DNA from: Alphaproteobacteria bacterium
GTDB taxonomy: Bacteria; Pseudomonadota; Alphaproteobacteria; SP197
Assembly (NCBI GenBank): GCA_016869675.1
Contig: VGDP01000010.1
Span: 5,090-69,089 of the forward strand
Length of the DNA stretch: 64,000 nt
Direction of reading: 5' to 3'
The number at the start of each line of letters is the position of its first letter. Within the stretch, counting starts at the first letter, position 1. Shown here one piece after another: positions 47,273 through 55,938 of this stretch. The position numbers were made by a program, and so were the translations under genes. The notes beneath the pieces are model-generated. The model made no database searches. It saw only the letters and a program-made list of their open reading frames with translations, and was not told where the DNA came from.

Positions 47273-48709
47273 TCAGACGACGTCGTGGATGCGCCGGGCG
47301 AAGTGCTGCGCGAGCGGCTCGAGCAACGGCCCCGGCGCGACCACCGCCGTCGTCGGCACGGCGATCGCCCGGATCTCCTCGAGGAAGGGGGCGAGCGGCG
47401 GCGGCGCGGCGCGGCCGGTCACGTGCAGCGCCTGGGACGCGATCACCGCGAGCGTCGCCAGCGCCGCCACCAAGGCGCGTCCGGCGTCGGCTTCCTTGGC
47501 CCAGGCCAGGAAGGTCGGCGGCGCCACGTCGTTCTGGCCGAAGCCGCCGCTTTCGGACGCCGGCGTGAAGGTGCGGGCGGCGGCGTGACGCGCTTCCTCG
47601 TAGTAGCCGACCAGCGCCATGGGCAGGCAGCCGAAGTAGGTCTCGGCGCCATCCACCCGCAACTGGTCGGGCAGCAGCGAATAGCGTCCGTCGAGCAGCT
47701 TGGTCGCCTGGCGGTCCGCCAGCAGGCAGAGTTCCGCCCAGGCGTGGCCGAGCCCGTCCAGCGCGGGCGTCGCCATGGCGTTGTGGTAGCCACCCGTCGA
47801 GTAGACCCGGCCCAGGGGATAGCCGTCGTGCGGCGGGATGTAGACCGGGTTGTCGCTGACCGAGGCGAGCGAGACGGTCGCTGCGCGCTCGGCCTCGACC
47901 ACCGCGCGGAACGCTTGGCCCAGCACGCGGGGCAGGACGCGGAAGCTGACCGGGGCCTGGTAGGGCCGGCGGTCCTCGGTGGGCACGCCGGTCAGGCATG
48001 CGCGCAGAGCCCGCAGGGCGTGCGCTTCGCCGTCGTCGCCCCACAGGTCGTCGAGCTCGCTCGCGACGTGCTCGAGCGGCGTCTTCAGCGCCTCGAAGGC
48101 CAGGGCGAACACCGGGATCGCCAGGTCCAGGCGGCGACGCGCAGCGAGCGCCGAGTCCGCCGCCAACGCGGCGGCGCTGGGCGAGCCGTTGATCAGGGCC
48201 AGCGTCTCCTTCTCGGCCAGGTCGAAGGACTGGGCCAGTGGCTCGAACAGGTAGGACAGGGACAGAATCTCGCCGGCGCCGCCCTGGCCCTGCCAGGGGA
48301 TCGCGGGCAGCGGCGGCCCGTCCAGCAGGCCGGCGACGGCTTGGGCGAGCGCGGGCGTCACGGCGGCGTGGCCCTCGACAAAATTCGCAAGGCGCGCCAG
48401 CACGATGGCGCGCGCGACCCGATCCGGTAACGTGGCGCCGAACGAAGCGGCGGCCGATCCGGGCGGACGGCGGGCGTGCTCCTTGCGCTCGGCCGGCGAC
48501 AGGCGCTGGCGCGCGTTCTGGCCGTAGCCCGAGGTGACGCCGTAGATGAACAGGTCCGGGTCACTGTCGATCAGGGCCATAAAGCTGGCCCGACACGCCG
48601 CGATACGGGCCAGCGCCGACCCGGCCAGACGCACGGGAGAACGATGCCAAGCGACGCGGTGGACCGCCTCGAGCGTGATGTCGCGGCGGGTAGCGATCGT
48701 AGTGGTCAT
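47273..48709 (-). CDS. aromatic amino acid ammonia-lyase (HAL/PAL) family homolog lacking the Ala-Ser-Gly MIO triad
   Basis: HAL-family motifs YGVTSGYG (compare YGINTGFG), LALINGSPSAAAL and SVSDNPV. At the MIO position (G-S-x-G-A-S-G-D-L-A-P-L) the sequence reads GQGGAGEILSLS, with no Ser. Confidence 0.7.
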   Translation of the reverse strand: MTTTIATRRDITLEAVHRVAWHRSPVRLAGSALARIAACRASFMALIDSDPDLFIYGVTSGYGQNARQRLSPAERKEHARRPPGSAAASFGATLPDRVARAIVLARLANFVEGHAAVTPALAQAVAGLLDGPPLPAIPWQGQGGAGEILSLSYLFEPLAQSFDLAEKETLALINGSPSAAALAADSALAARRRLDLAIPVFALAFEALKTPLEHVASELDDLWGDDGEAHALRALRACLTGVPTEDRRPYQAPVSFRVLPRVLGQAFRAVVEAERAATVSLASVSDNPVYIPPHDGYPLGRVYSTGGYHNAMATPALDGLGHAWAELCLLADRQATKLLDGRYSLLPDQLRVDGAETYFGCLPMALVGYYEEARHAAARTFTPASESGGFGQNDVAPPTFLAWAKEADAGRALVAALATLAVIASQALHVTGRAAPPPLAPFLEEIRAIAVPTTAVVAPGPLLEPLAQHFARRIHDVV

Positions 48710-48848
48710 GGAGCCTCCGTGGAGCGGCGGTTTGTATGGCACGGGTGCGCTGCCCGGACCATAGCAACCTAACGGGATTTCCGTGGTCCGGGCTCAACTT
48801 GCCGTCCTCGGCCGAGAGGCCTAACAGAAGTCCGCAGGAGGTGCCGAC

Positions 48849-49388
48849 ATGGCCGACGCGGCAATGCTGGCTCAGGGCGCGGTCGCGCTGGTCTTCCCGG
48901 TCGTGCTGGTTGCGGCGGCCGTCAGCGACATGGCCCGCTACATCATCCCGAACGCCCTGCCGATCGGTCTGGCGGTCGCGTTCCTGCCGACGGCGGCGCT
49001 GGCGGGGCTGGACCCCGCGGCCATCGGCTATCACGCGCTGGCTGGGCTCGCGGTCCTGGCGGCGGGGTTCGGCCTGTTCGTGCTGAACGCCATGGGCGGC
49101 GGCGACGTCAAGCTGCTGGCCGCGGCGGCGATCTGGACGGGTTTCGAGACGCTGCTGCCCTTCGCGCTGCTGGTCGCGATCTTCGGCGGTTTGGTCGCGG
49201 CCGCGCTGCTCGTGGCGCGCCGGTTGGGCCGGCGGGGCGCGGATTCGGTCCGGCCGTGGCTCGCGCGCCTGCTGTCGCCCCGTCAGGGTGTCCCCTATGG
49301 CGTCGCGATCGCGCTGGCCGGGCTGATCATCTTTCCGCGCCTGACGGTGGCCCGACCCCTAGCCGTTCTGTTCGGGTTGGGGAATTGA
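48849..49388 (+). CDS. cpaA: prepilin peptidase, type IV/Flp (A24 family, CpaA/TadV-like)
   Basis: Multi-TM protein with a GGGDVKLLAA catalytic Asp motif and a D in TM1 (VSDMARYIIPN). Confidence 0.8.
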   Translation: MADAAMLAQGAVALVFPVVLVAAAVSDMARYIIPNALPIGLAVAFLPTAALAGLDPAAIGYHALAGLAVLAAGFGLFVLNAMGGGDVKLLAAAAIWTGFETLLPFALLVAIFGGLVAAALLVARRLGRRGADSVRPWLARLLSPRQGVPYGVAIALAGLIIFPRLTVARPLAVLFGLGN

Positions 49389-49471
49389 CCGTGCCCGTGC
49401 AATTGATCACAGGACCCGGCGCCCGATCCGCGCTATGGTTAAAGGGCAGTCGAAATGACGGGATTCCTCAG

Positions 49472-49487
49472 TTAACACATAGTTAAC
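49472..49487 (+). promoter_or_regulatory. CtrA-box-like motif TTAA-N7-TTAAC (TTAAcacatagTTAAC) in the cpaA-cpaB intergenic region
   Basis: Exact match to the alphaproteobacterial CtrA consensus TTAA-N7-TTAAC, inside an AT-rich spacer 60 nt upstream of cpaB. In a 70% GC genome a chance match is expected about 0.005 times per 64 kb. Confidence 0.45.
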
Positions 49488-49548
49488 GACCGATTTTTGA
49501 CATAAGGGTGGGCCTGCGGCGTAACGGGGGTGCCGCGCGGTCGGGGGA

Positions 49549-50445
49549 ATGTCCATGCGTCCGATCGTCATCGTCCTGATCCTGGTCGCGCTGGTGCTGG
49601 CGCGGGGCACGGCGTTCCTGGTCAACATGCTGCTGCAGCGCGAGTCCGAGCCGGTCGAGGCCGTTGAGCAGACCGAAACCGAAGTCATGGTCGCGGCGCG
49701 CGACCTGCCGGCGGGCGAGCTGATCGCGGACAGCGACTTGGCTTGGCGTGCCTGGCCCGATTCCCCCGTGCAATCGGACTATATCGTTCGCTCCAGCGAC
49801 GGCGGCTACGGCGACATCCCGGGTTTGGGCGTGCGTTCGGCGATCCGCGCCGGCGAACCCATCACGGCGGCGCGCGTCTTCAAGCGCACCGACGCCGGGT
49901 TCCTGGCGGGTGTGCTGGGCGAAGGCATGTGCGCCATCGCGATCGAAGTCGACGAAACGACCACCTCCAATGGTTTTGTGCTGCCCGGCGACTGCGTCAA
50001 TGTGCTGATGACCCAGAAATTCACGGCGTTCGACCCGCAGACCGAGCAGACCTCGGACCGCCACGTGGTGCAGACGGTGCTCGAGGACGTGCGCGTCATC
50101 GCCGTCGACCAGACCATCAACGACGTCGAGGGGGCTGCGGTCCGCGCCAAGACGGTGACCATCGAGGTGACACCGGCGCAGGGCGAGATCGTCGCCCTGG
50201 CCGACGAGATGGGCAACCTGACGCTCGCGCTGCGCAGCCTGTCACGTGGCGACGAGCCGGCCTTGGCGCCGTTCCAGGCCGACTACAATGTCAGCCGCTA
50301 CCTGGGCCGCGAGATCAAGACGTCCACCCGCGTCCTGACGGCTGCGCGCGACCTGCCCGCCGGCGCCCTGGTGAACGCACCGGTGGCCAATCTCAGCGCC
50401 GACCACATCCTGCTGGAAGCCCCGCGCCAGGCCATCGCCGCGTGA
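49549..50445 (+). CDS. cpaB: Flp pilus assembly protein CpaB (RcpC; SAF-domain)
   Basis: N-terminal TM segment, then VMVAARDLPAGELIADSDLAWRAWP and VRSAIRAGEPITAARV (CpaB signatures). 298 aa. Confidence 0.8.
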   Translation: MSMRPIVIVLILVALVLARGTAFLVNMLLQRESEPVEAVEQTETEVMVAARDLPAGELIADSDLAWRAWPDSPVQSDYIVRSSDGGYGDIPGLGVRSAIRAGEPITAARVFKRTDAGFLAGVLGEGMCAIAIEVDETTTSNGFVLPGDCVNVLMTQKFTAFDPQTEQTSDRHVVQTVLEDVRVIAVDQTINDVEGAAVRAKTVTIEVTPAQGEIVALADEMGNLTLALRSLSRGDEPALAPFQADYNVSRYLGREIKTSTRVLTAARDLPAGALVNAPVANLSADHILLEAPRQAIAA

Positions 50446-50446
50446 C

Positions 50447-51001
50447 ATGGGCAGCGCCGATCGTCCCCTGGTCCTGACGATCGGCCATTCGAACCATGAC
50501 CTGGAGACGTTCGTCGGCCTGCTGCGAGGCGCCGGCGCATCGCTTGTCGTGGACGTGCGCTCGGCGCCGGTATCGCGCTGGTGCCCGCACTTCAACGGCC
50601 GCAACCTCGCGCCCGCGCTCGCGGCCGTGGGCCTCAGCTATGTCTACCTGGGCGCGGCGTTGGGTGGCCGCCCGAAGGCCCCTGCCCTGATGATCGAGGG
50701 CAAGCCCGACTATGGCGCGATGGCGCGACGGCCAGCCTTCGCCAGCGCCGTGGATCAAGTGCTGGAGCTGGCGGCGGCGGCGACGCCAGCCCTGATGTGC
50801 GCCGAGCGCGCGCCGACCGATTGCCACCGCGCGCGCCTGGTGGCGCCTGCCCTGGTCGCCCGTGGGGCCCACGTCCGACACATCCTGGCCGACGGCACCC
50901 TCGAGAACCACGACGCGATCCAACCGCACCTGAGCGGCACGCCTTTGCCCCTGTTCGACGACGCGCCGGGCGGTGCCGTCCCGCTCAGACGACGGCGATA
51001 G
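50447..51001 (+). CDS. DUF488 family protein
   Basis: [41 protein letters not shown] matches the DUF488 N-terminal signature (TIGHSNxxxExFxxLLxxxxIxxLVDVRxxPxSRxxPxFN). Confidence 0.75.
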   Translation: MGSADRPLVLTIGHSNHDLETFVGLLRGAGASLVVDVRSAPVSRWCPHFNGRNLAPALAAVGLSYVYLGAALGGRPKAPALMIEGKPDYGAMARRPAFASAVDQVLELAAAATPALMCAERAPTDCHRARLVAPALVARGAHVRHILADGTLENHDAIQPHLSGTPLPLFDDAPGGAVPLRRRR

Positions 51002-51704
51002 CCAGGCGCCCGACGCGCTCGATCGAGCCGACCAGCGCATAGCCGCGCCGCACCGGTCCGACGCCGGCCGGCGTGCCGGTGTAGATCAGATCGCCGGGCG
51101 CCAGATCGAACAGGGTCGACAGTTCGGCGATGATCTCGGGCACCGACCAGATCATCTGGGACAGGTCGCCCTCCTGGCGTTCCTCGCCGTTGACGTCCAA
51201 CCGGATGACGCCGCGCGCGGGGTGACCGATCGCCGACGCCGGGTTGAGGGCGGAGCACGGCGCCGCGTGCTCGAACGCCTTGGCGACCTCCCAAGGGCGG
51301 CCGAGCTTCTTAGCTTCCGACTGCAGGTCCCGGCGGGTCATGTCGAGCCCGACGGCGTAGCCGAACACTAGGTCGAGCGCGCGCGCCACGGCGACCCCGC
51401 TGCCGCCCGCGCCCAGCGCGACCACGAGCTCGATTTCGTGGTGCACGTCCTGGCTACGCCGCGGATACGGGAACCGGCCGCCATCGTGGACCAGGCTTTC
51501 CGGGTTCTTCTGGAAGAAGAAGGGCGGCTCGCGCTTGGGGTCGCCGCCCATCTCGATGGCGTGGTCGGCGTAGTTGCGCCCCACACAGTAGACGCGCCGC
51601 ACCGGAAAGCGGCCGGTCGAGCCGAGGATGGGCAACCAGGGGCGCGGCGCCGGGGGCACGACGAAACCCGTACCCGCTTCGCTCGACGTGCGGTCCCTGG
51701 CCAC
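50985..51704 (-). CDS. fumarylacetoacetate hydrolase (FAH) family protein
   Basis: Motifs [28 protein letters not shown] and [27 protein letters not shown] start after GGAGA is preferred (the ORF-track ATG at 51803 gives a non-conserved extension). Confidence 0.7.
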   Translation of the reverse strand: MARDRTSSEAGTGFVVPPAPRPWLPILGSTGRFPVRRVYCVGRNYADHAIEMGGDPKREPPFFFQKNPESLVHDGGRFPYPRRSQDVHHEIELVVALGAGGSGVAVARALDLVFGYAVGLDMTRRDLQSEAKKLGRPWEVAKAFEHAAPCSALNPASAIGHPARGVIRLDVNGEERQEGDLSQMIWSVPEIIAELSTLFDLAPGDLIYTGTPAGVGPVRRGYALVGSIERVGRLAIAVV

Positions 51705-51853
51705 GATGCGCGTTCTCCGTGAAGTGCACGCGCAATCTAGAGCATGATCCGGCCCTGGGGGAACCGTCCAGGGCGTTCCGCCGGCCGATATGACCTGCGT
51801 CAAGGCGATGGACGGGCCGGCGCTTAGACTGATCCGCTCGGGGAAGGAGGCGT

Positions 51854-53503
51854 TTGGTGGAGCATGCGGCGACCGATCCGGCGGTCTGGCGCGACGTGCT
51901 GGTTCTCCTGGGCGCCGCGGTGGCGACTGTCGCGCTGTTCAACCGCCTGTCCGTGGGACCGCTGCTCGGCTACTTCGTCGCCAGGTTCCTGATCGGCCCC
52001 ACGGCCCTGGGGTTTGTCGCCGCCGACAGTGCGATCAGGGCGATCGCGGAGGTCGGCGTCGTGTTCCTGCTGTTCGCGGTGGGTCTCGAGCTGCCGCTGA
52101 AGCGCCTGTGGGTCATGCGGCGCTGGCTATTCGGCCTGGGCCTCGCTCAGGTCGCGCTCACCAGCGCGGGATTCGCCCTCGTGCTGTTCGTCCTCGACCA
52201 CGCGCCGGCCGGCGCCATCGTGATCGGCGGCGCGTTGGCCCTATCCTCGACCGCCGTCGGCCTGCAGGTGCTGGTGGATCGGGGCGAGCTCGCCACGCGC
52301 CACGGCCGTGCCGCCTTTGCCATGCTGCTGTCCAGGATCTCGCGGTCGTACCGCTTCTCGTGCTGCTGCCGATGCTCGGCACCGGCGATGGCGGCGTCGC
52401 GCGTGCCCTGGGGCTGGCCGGCGTGCAGGCGGCGCTCGCCCTGACCGGCATCGCGCTGATCGGCCGGTTCGCGCTGGGCCCCGTGCTGCACGCCGTCGCG
52501 CGCACGCGCAGCGCCGAGTTGTTCGTGGCGGCGGCGCTGCTGCTCGTCCTCGGTGCCGGGCTCGCCACTGCGGCGGCCGGCCTGTCCATGGCGCTGGGTG
52601 GGTTCCTGGCCGGCATGCTGCTGGCCGACAGCGAGTTCCGCCACCAGGTCGACGCCGACATCAAGCCCTTCCGGGGCCTCCTGCTGGGCCTGTTCTTCAT
52701 GACCGTCGGCATGACGGTGGACCCCGCGGTGGTCATGGCCGAGGCTGGCCCCATCCTCACGCTGGTCGCGGCCCTCGCCGTGGCCAAGGGCGGCATCATC
52801 GCGCTGCTCGTGCGTGGCTTCGGTCTGTCGACCGTGGAGGCACTGCGTACCGGTCTCGTGCTGGGTCACGCCGGCGAGTTCGCCTTCGTCATCGTGACCT
52901 TGGCGCCCCAGGTTGGCGTGGTGGCGGCGGCCGACGTGCAAACGCTGATCGTCGCAGCGGCGCTCTCCATGGCCCTGTGCCCGCTGCTCGACCGGGTGGG
53001 CGAGGCGTGGGCGCGGCGGCGCGACCGCGAGGCCGTCGAGGTGGACGCCATCGCCGAGGAAACGCGCGATCTGAAGGGTCACGTCATCGTCGCCGGTTTC
53101 GGGCGCGTCGGGCGCTTGGTGGCGCGTATGCTCAACGAGACCAGGACGTCCTGGATCGCCGTCGATCTGGATGCTCGCCGCGTCGCCGGGTGGCGGCGCA
53201 ATGGCTTGGCCGTATACTTCGGCGACGCCACGCGGATCGGTATCCTGCGCGCCGCCGGTGCCGCTCGCGCCGGCGCCGTCGTCATCACCCTCGACGACGA
53301 GGAGCAAGCCGAGGCGGCTGTGCACGCCGTGCGTCAGACGTGGCCGGACCTCGCCACCATCGCGCGACGCGGTGCCCGAGACGATGGAGGCGGGCCTGCG
53401 CCTTGGCTCCCATGTGCTCGACGCGCTGGGCGCCGAGGCGGGCCTGATCGACACCGCCGTGGCCGCCGCGCGCGCCGATCATGGGCCGCCCCCCGCGCGT
53501 TGA
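51854..53503 (+). pseudogene. CPA2 monovalent cation:proton antiporter with C-terminal KTN/TrkA-N domain (KefB/KefC-like), with two apparent frameshifts
   Basis: The N-terminal TM region is in the 51854 frame up to RAAFAMLL. The continuation FQDLAVVPLLVLLP...HVIVAGFGRVGR is in the 51790 frame. A missing T at about 52331 in ctgctgt(t)ccagg causes the switch. The C-terminus VPETMEAGLRLGSHVLDALG is in a third frame from about 53370. Confidence 0.55.
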
Positions 53504-53543
53504 GCGGTTCCCTCCGATCGAGCGTTGCTCTATGGGTGTCGCC

Positions 53544-54311
53544 ATGGCGAGTGTGCAGCCTCGGGCAGCCCTGGTGACCGGTGCGGCGCGGCGTATTGGC
53601 CGCGCCTTGGCGTTGTCCCTGGCTGGGAACGGTTACGCCGTCGCCGTCCACTACAACCGTTCGGCGGCCGAGGCCGAGGCGGTGGTGGCAGAGGTGCGGG
53701 CGCGCGGCGCCCGCGCCGTGGCGCTGGCGACCGATCTGGCCGATCACGCGGCCGTGGTGCGCCTCGTCCCGGCGGCGGCCGAGGCGCTGGGGCCGCTCGA
53801 TCTCCTGGTCAACAACGCTTCACTGTTCGAACGCGACGTGCTGGCCGACGTCACTGAGGCGTCGTGGCGGGCGCACCTGGCGGTCAACCTGCAGGCGCCG
53901 GTGTTCCTGACCCAGGCCTTCGCGCGGCAGGTGCCGCCGGGCACGGCCGGCAACGTGGTCAACCTGATCGACCAGAAGGTGCTGAACCTAGCTCCGGCCT
54001 ACTTGTCGTATACGGCGGCCAAGGCGGCACTGTGGGCCTTGACCCAGACGCTCGCGCTGGAACTCGCCCCGGCCATCCGCGTCAACGCCATCGGCCCGGG
54101 CCCGACCCTGCCCAACACGACCCAGACGGACGAGGCGTTCCAGCGCTACGCGGCGGCGATGCCGCTGGGGCGCGGCGCCTCGCCCGAGGATCTGGCGCGC
54201 ACGCTCCACTACATCCTCGAGACGCCATCGCTGACCGGGCACATGATCCCCGTGGACGGCGGCGAACACCTGGGGTGGGCCATGCCGAAGCTGCGCGGCT
54301 TGGCGCCATGA
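53544..54311 (+). CDS. SDR family oxidoreductase, pteridine reductase-like (FolM/PTR1-type)
   Basis: ALVTGAARRIGRALALSLAGNGYAVAVHYNRSAAEAEAVV is the typical PTR1/FolM N-terminus. Translationally coupled to folB. Alternative start at 53532. Confidence 0.65.
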   Translation: MASVQPRAALVTGAARRIGRALALSLAGNGYAVAVHYNRSAAEAEAVVAEVRARGARAVALATDLADHAAVVRLVPAAAEALGPLDLLVNNASLFERDVLADVTEASWRAHLAVNLQAPVFLTQAFARQVPPGTAGNVVNLIDQKVLNLAPAYLSYTAAKAALWALTQTLALELAPAIRVNAIGPGPTLPNTTQTDEAFQRYAAAMPLGRGASPEDLARTLHYILETPSLTGHMIPVDGGEHLGWAMPKLRGLAP

Positions 54312-54694
54312 CCGGCGCTCCCGAGGGGATCGACCATCGCGTCTTCGTGCGCGGGCTGATGCTGTCATGCTTCATCGGCGCCCATCCGCACGAGCGCTTG
54401 GCGCCGCAGCGTGTGCGCGTGGATATCGAGCTCGCCGTCGCGGCACGGCCACCGGAGGACGACACCCTGGTCGACGTGGTCGACTACGAGCGCGTCGTGA
54501 ACGCCGTGCGCCGCATCGCGGCCGAAGGCCACATCAATCTGGTCGAGACACTCGCCGAGCGCATCGCGGCCTCGTGCCTGGGCGACGGCCGCGTGGTCGA
54601 AGCGCGCGTACGGGTGGCCAAGCCGGACGTCTTCGACGACGTCGATGAAGTCGGCGTCGAGGTCGTTCGCGGCCATTCCGGCAGGCCGGGATAG
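54308..54694 (+). CDS. folB: dihydroneopterin aldolase
   Basis: VFVRGLMLSCFIGAHPHERLAPQRVRVDIEL is the FolB signature. 128 aa. ATGA overlap with the SDR. Confidence 0.85.
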   Translation: MTGAPEGIDHRVFVRGLMLSCFIGAHPHERLAPQRVRVDIELAVAARPPEDDTLVDVVDYERVVNAVRRIAAEGHINLVETLAERIAASCLGDGRVVEARVRVAKPDVFDDVDEVGVEVVRGHSGRPG

Positions 54695-55020
54695 GCCGGC
54701 AGCCCTGGCGCCGCCGCGCAACCCCTCATAGGGGAACAAGACGCTTGACTTTGCACAAGGCGGCCATGCAGCGGCGTGGGCCGCGGAAATCAGCCAATTC
54801 AGGGCGTCCGCGTGTTCGGGTCATGGATCGGTAACCACAAAATGTGTTATATTTCAAATAATTAGGTTTTTAGCACAAATCTTGTGCAGTGAGCGCCGAA
54901 GCGGCAGGGAACCGGCCTGCACGCGCTTCGGCGCCGTACTTATCGACAAACTTATCCACAGATGCCGTGCATCGCTCCGGACCCGCGAAAATCGGGCCGA
55001 AACTGGGCACTCGCGATGTC

Positions 55021-55794
55021 CTACCCGCCCGCCAGATCGCGTCGTGCCCGCTCGAGGTGACGGGTGACCAAGCGCGCCGCCGTGTCGCCATCGCGCGCCG
55101 CCAGCGCAGCGAACAGGGCGCGGTGCTCCTCGTTGTAGGCGCGCATCCGCGCACCCGTCAGGATCTTGTCCTTCATCGCGTTCCACTGGCGATGACCGCG
55201 CACGTGGTTGACCTGGCGGTAGAGCGCGACCAGCAGCGGGTTGTGCGTCGCATCCGCCAGGCGTTCATGGAACTGCCGGTCGAACCGCGTGAAGCGATCG
55301 GGGTCGTCGCCGGCCGCCTGGATCGCCTCCAAGGTCTCGGCCAGGCGCGCCAGGTCGCGCGGTGTCGCGTTCATGGTCGCCAGGCGCACCATATGCGGCT
55401 CGAGGCCCAGACGCACGTCGACCAGCTCGATCGGGCTGGTGACCTCGGCCACGTCGGCGTCGGCGCCGCCCGGCCGCCACACGACGAAGGTGCCGCTGCC
55501 GACCCGACGCGCGACCATGCCATCCGCTTCGAGTACGCGCAGCGCCTCGCGCAGCGTCGAGCGCGAAGCACCGAACGCCTGCGCCAGGCTGCGCTCGGGC
55601 GGCAGCCGCTCGCCCTCCACATAGACGCCATCGTGGACCGCCTGGCGCAGCCGCGCGGCGATGCCGGCGGCACCCAGGCGCACCCCGTCGATCGCCGTGG
55701 CGGCGCGCGGCGTGACGTCGGCTTCGGCCGCCGCCGGGCCGGGGCGGAGTCGCCGCAGACTTTCCACCTTAGTCGCCCTTGACATCATCGCCAC
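55021..55794 (-). CDS. GntR family transcriptional regulator (FadR/FCD subfamily)
   Basis: HTH (ERLPPERSLAQAFGASRSTLREALRVLEADGMV) plus a C-terminal FCD domain. 257 aa. Confidence 0.8.
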   Translation of the reverse strand: MAMMSRATKVESLRRLRPGPAAAEADVTPRAATAIDGVRLGAAGIAARLRQAVHDGVYVEGERLPPERSLAQAFGASRSTLREALRVLEADGMVARRVGSGTFVVWRPGGADADVAEVTSPIELVDVRLGLEPHMVRLATMNATPRDLARLAETLEAIQAAGDDPDRFTRFDRQFHERLADATHNPLLVALYRQVNHVRGHRQWNAMKDKILTGARMRAYNEEHRALFAALAARDGDTAARLVTRHLERARRDLAGG

Positions 55795-55938
55795 GGGGGT
55801 GTTTCGTACAGGTCTAATTGGTCAAATTGGTATGGCATTGGCCCAGCCATTCTCTGCACCAATCGGCTTTGTCGTCAAGACCCATGTCGCCCGGGCCGCA
55901 GGCCGGCGCGACGGCATCCTCGAGGAGGCTATCGGTCC

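Noticed and set aside
49389-49548. Search for a Flp pilin gene in the cpaA-cpaB and HAL-cpaA spacers.
   Set aside because: Only a 6-codon ORF (MTGFLS) is present. No 50 to 70-aa hydrophobic pilin-like ORF was found on either strand.
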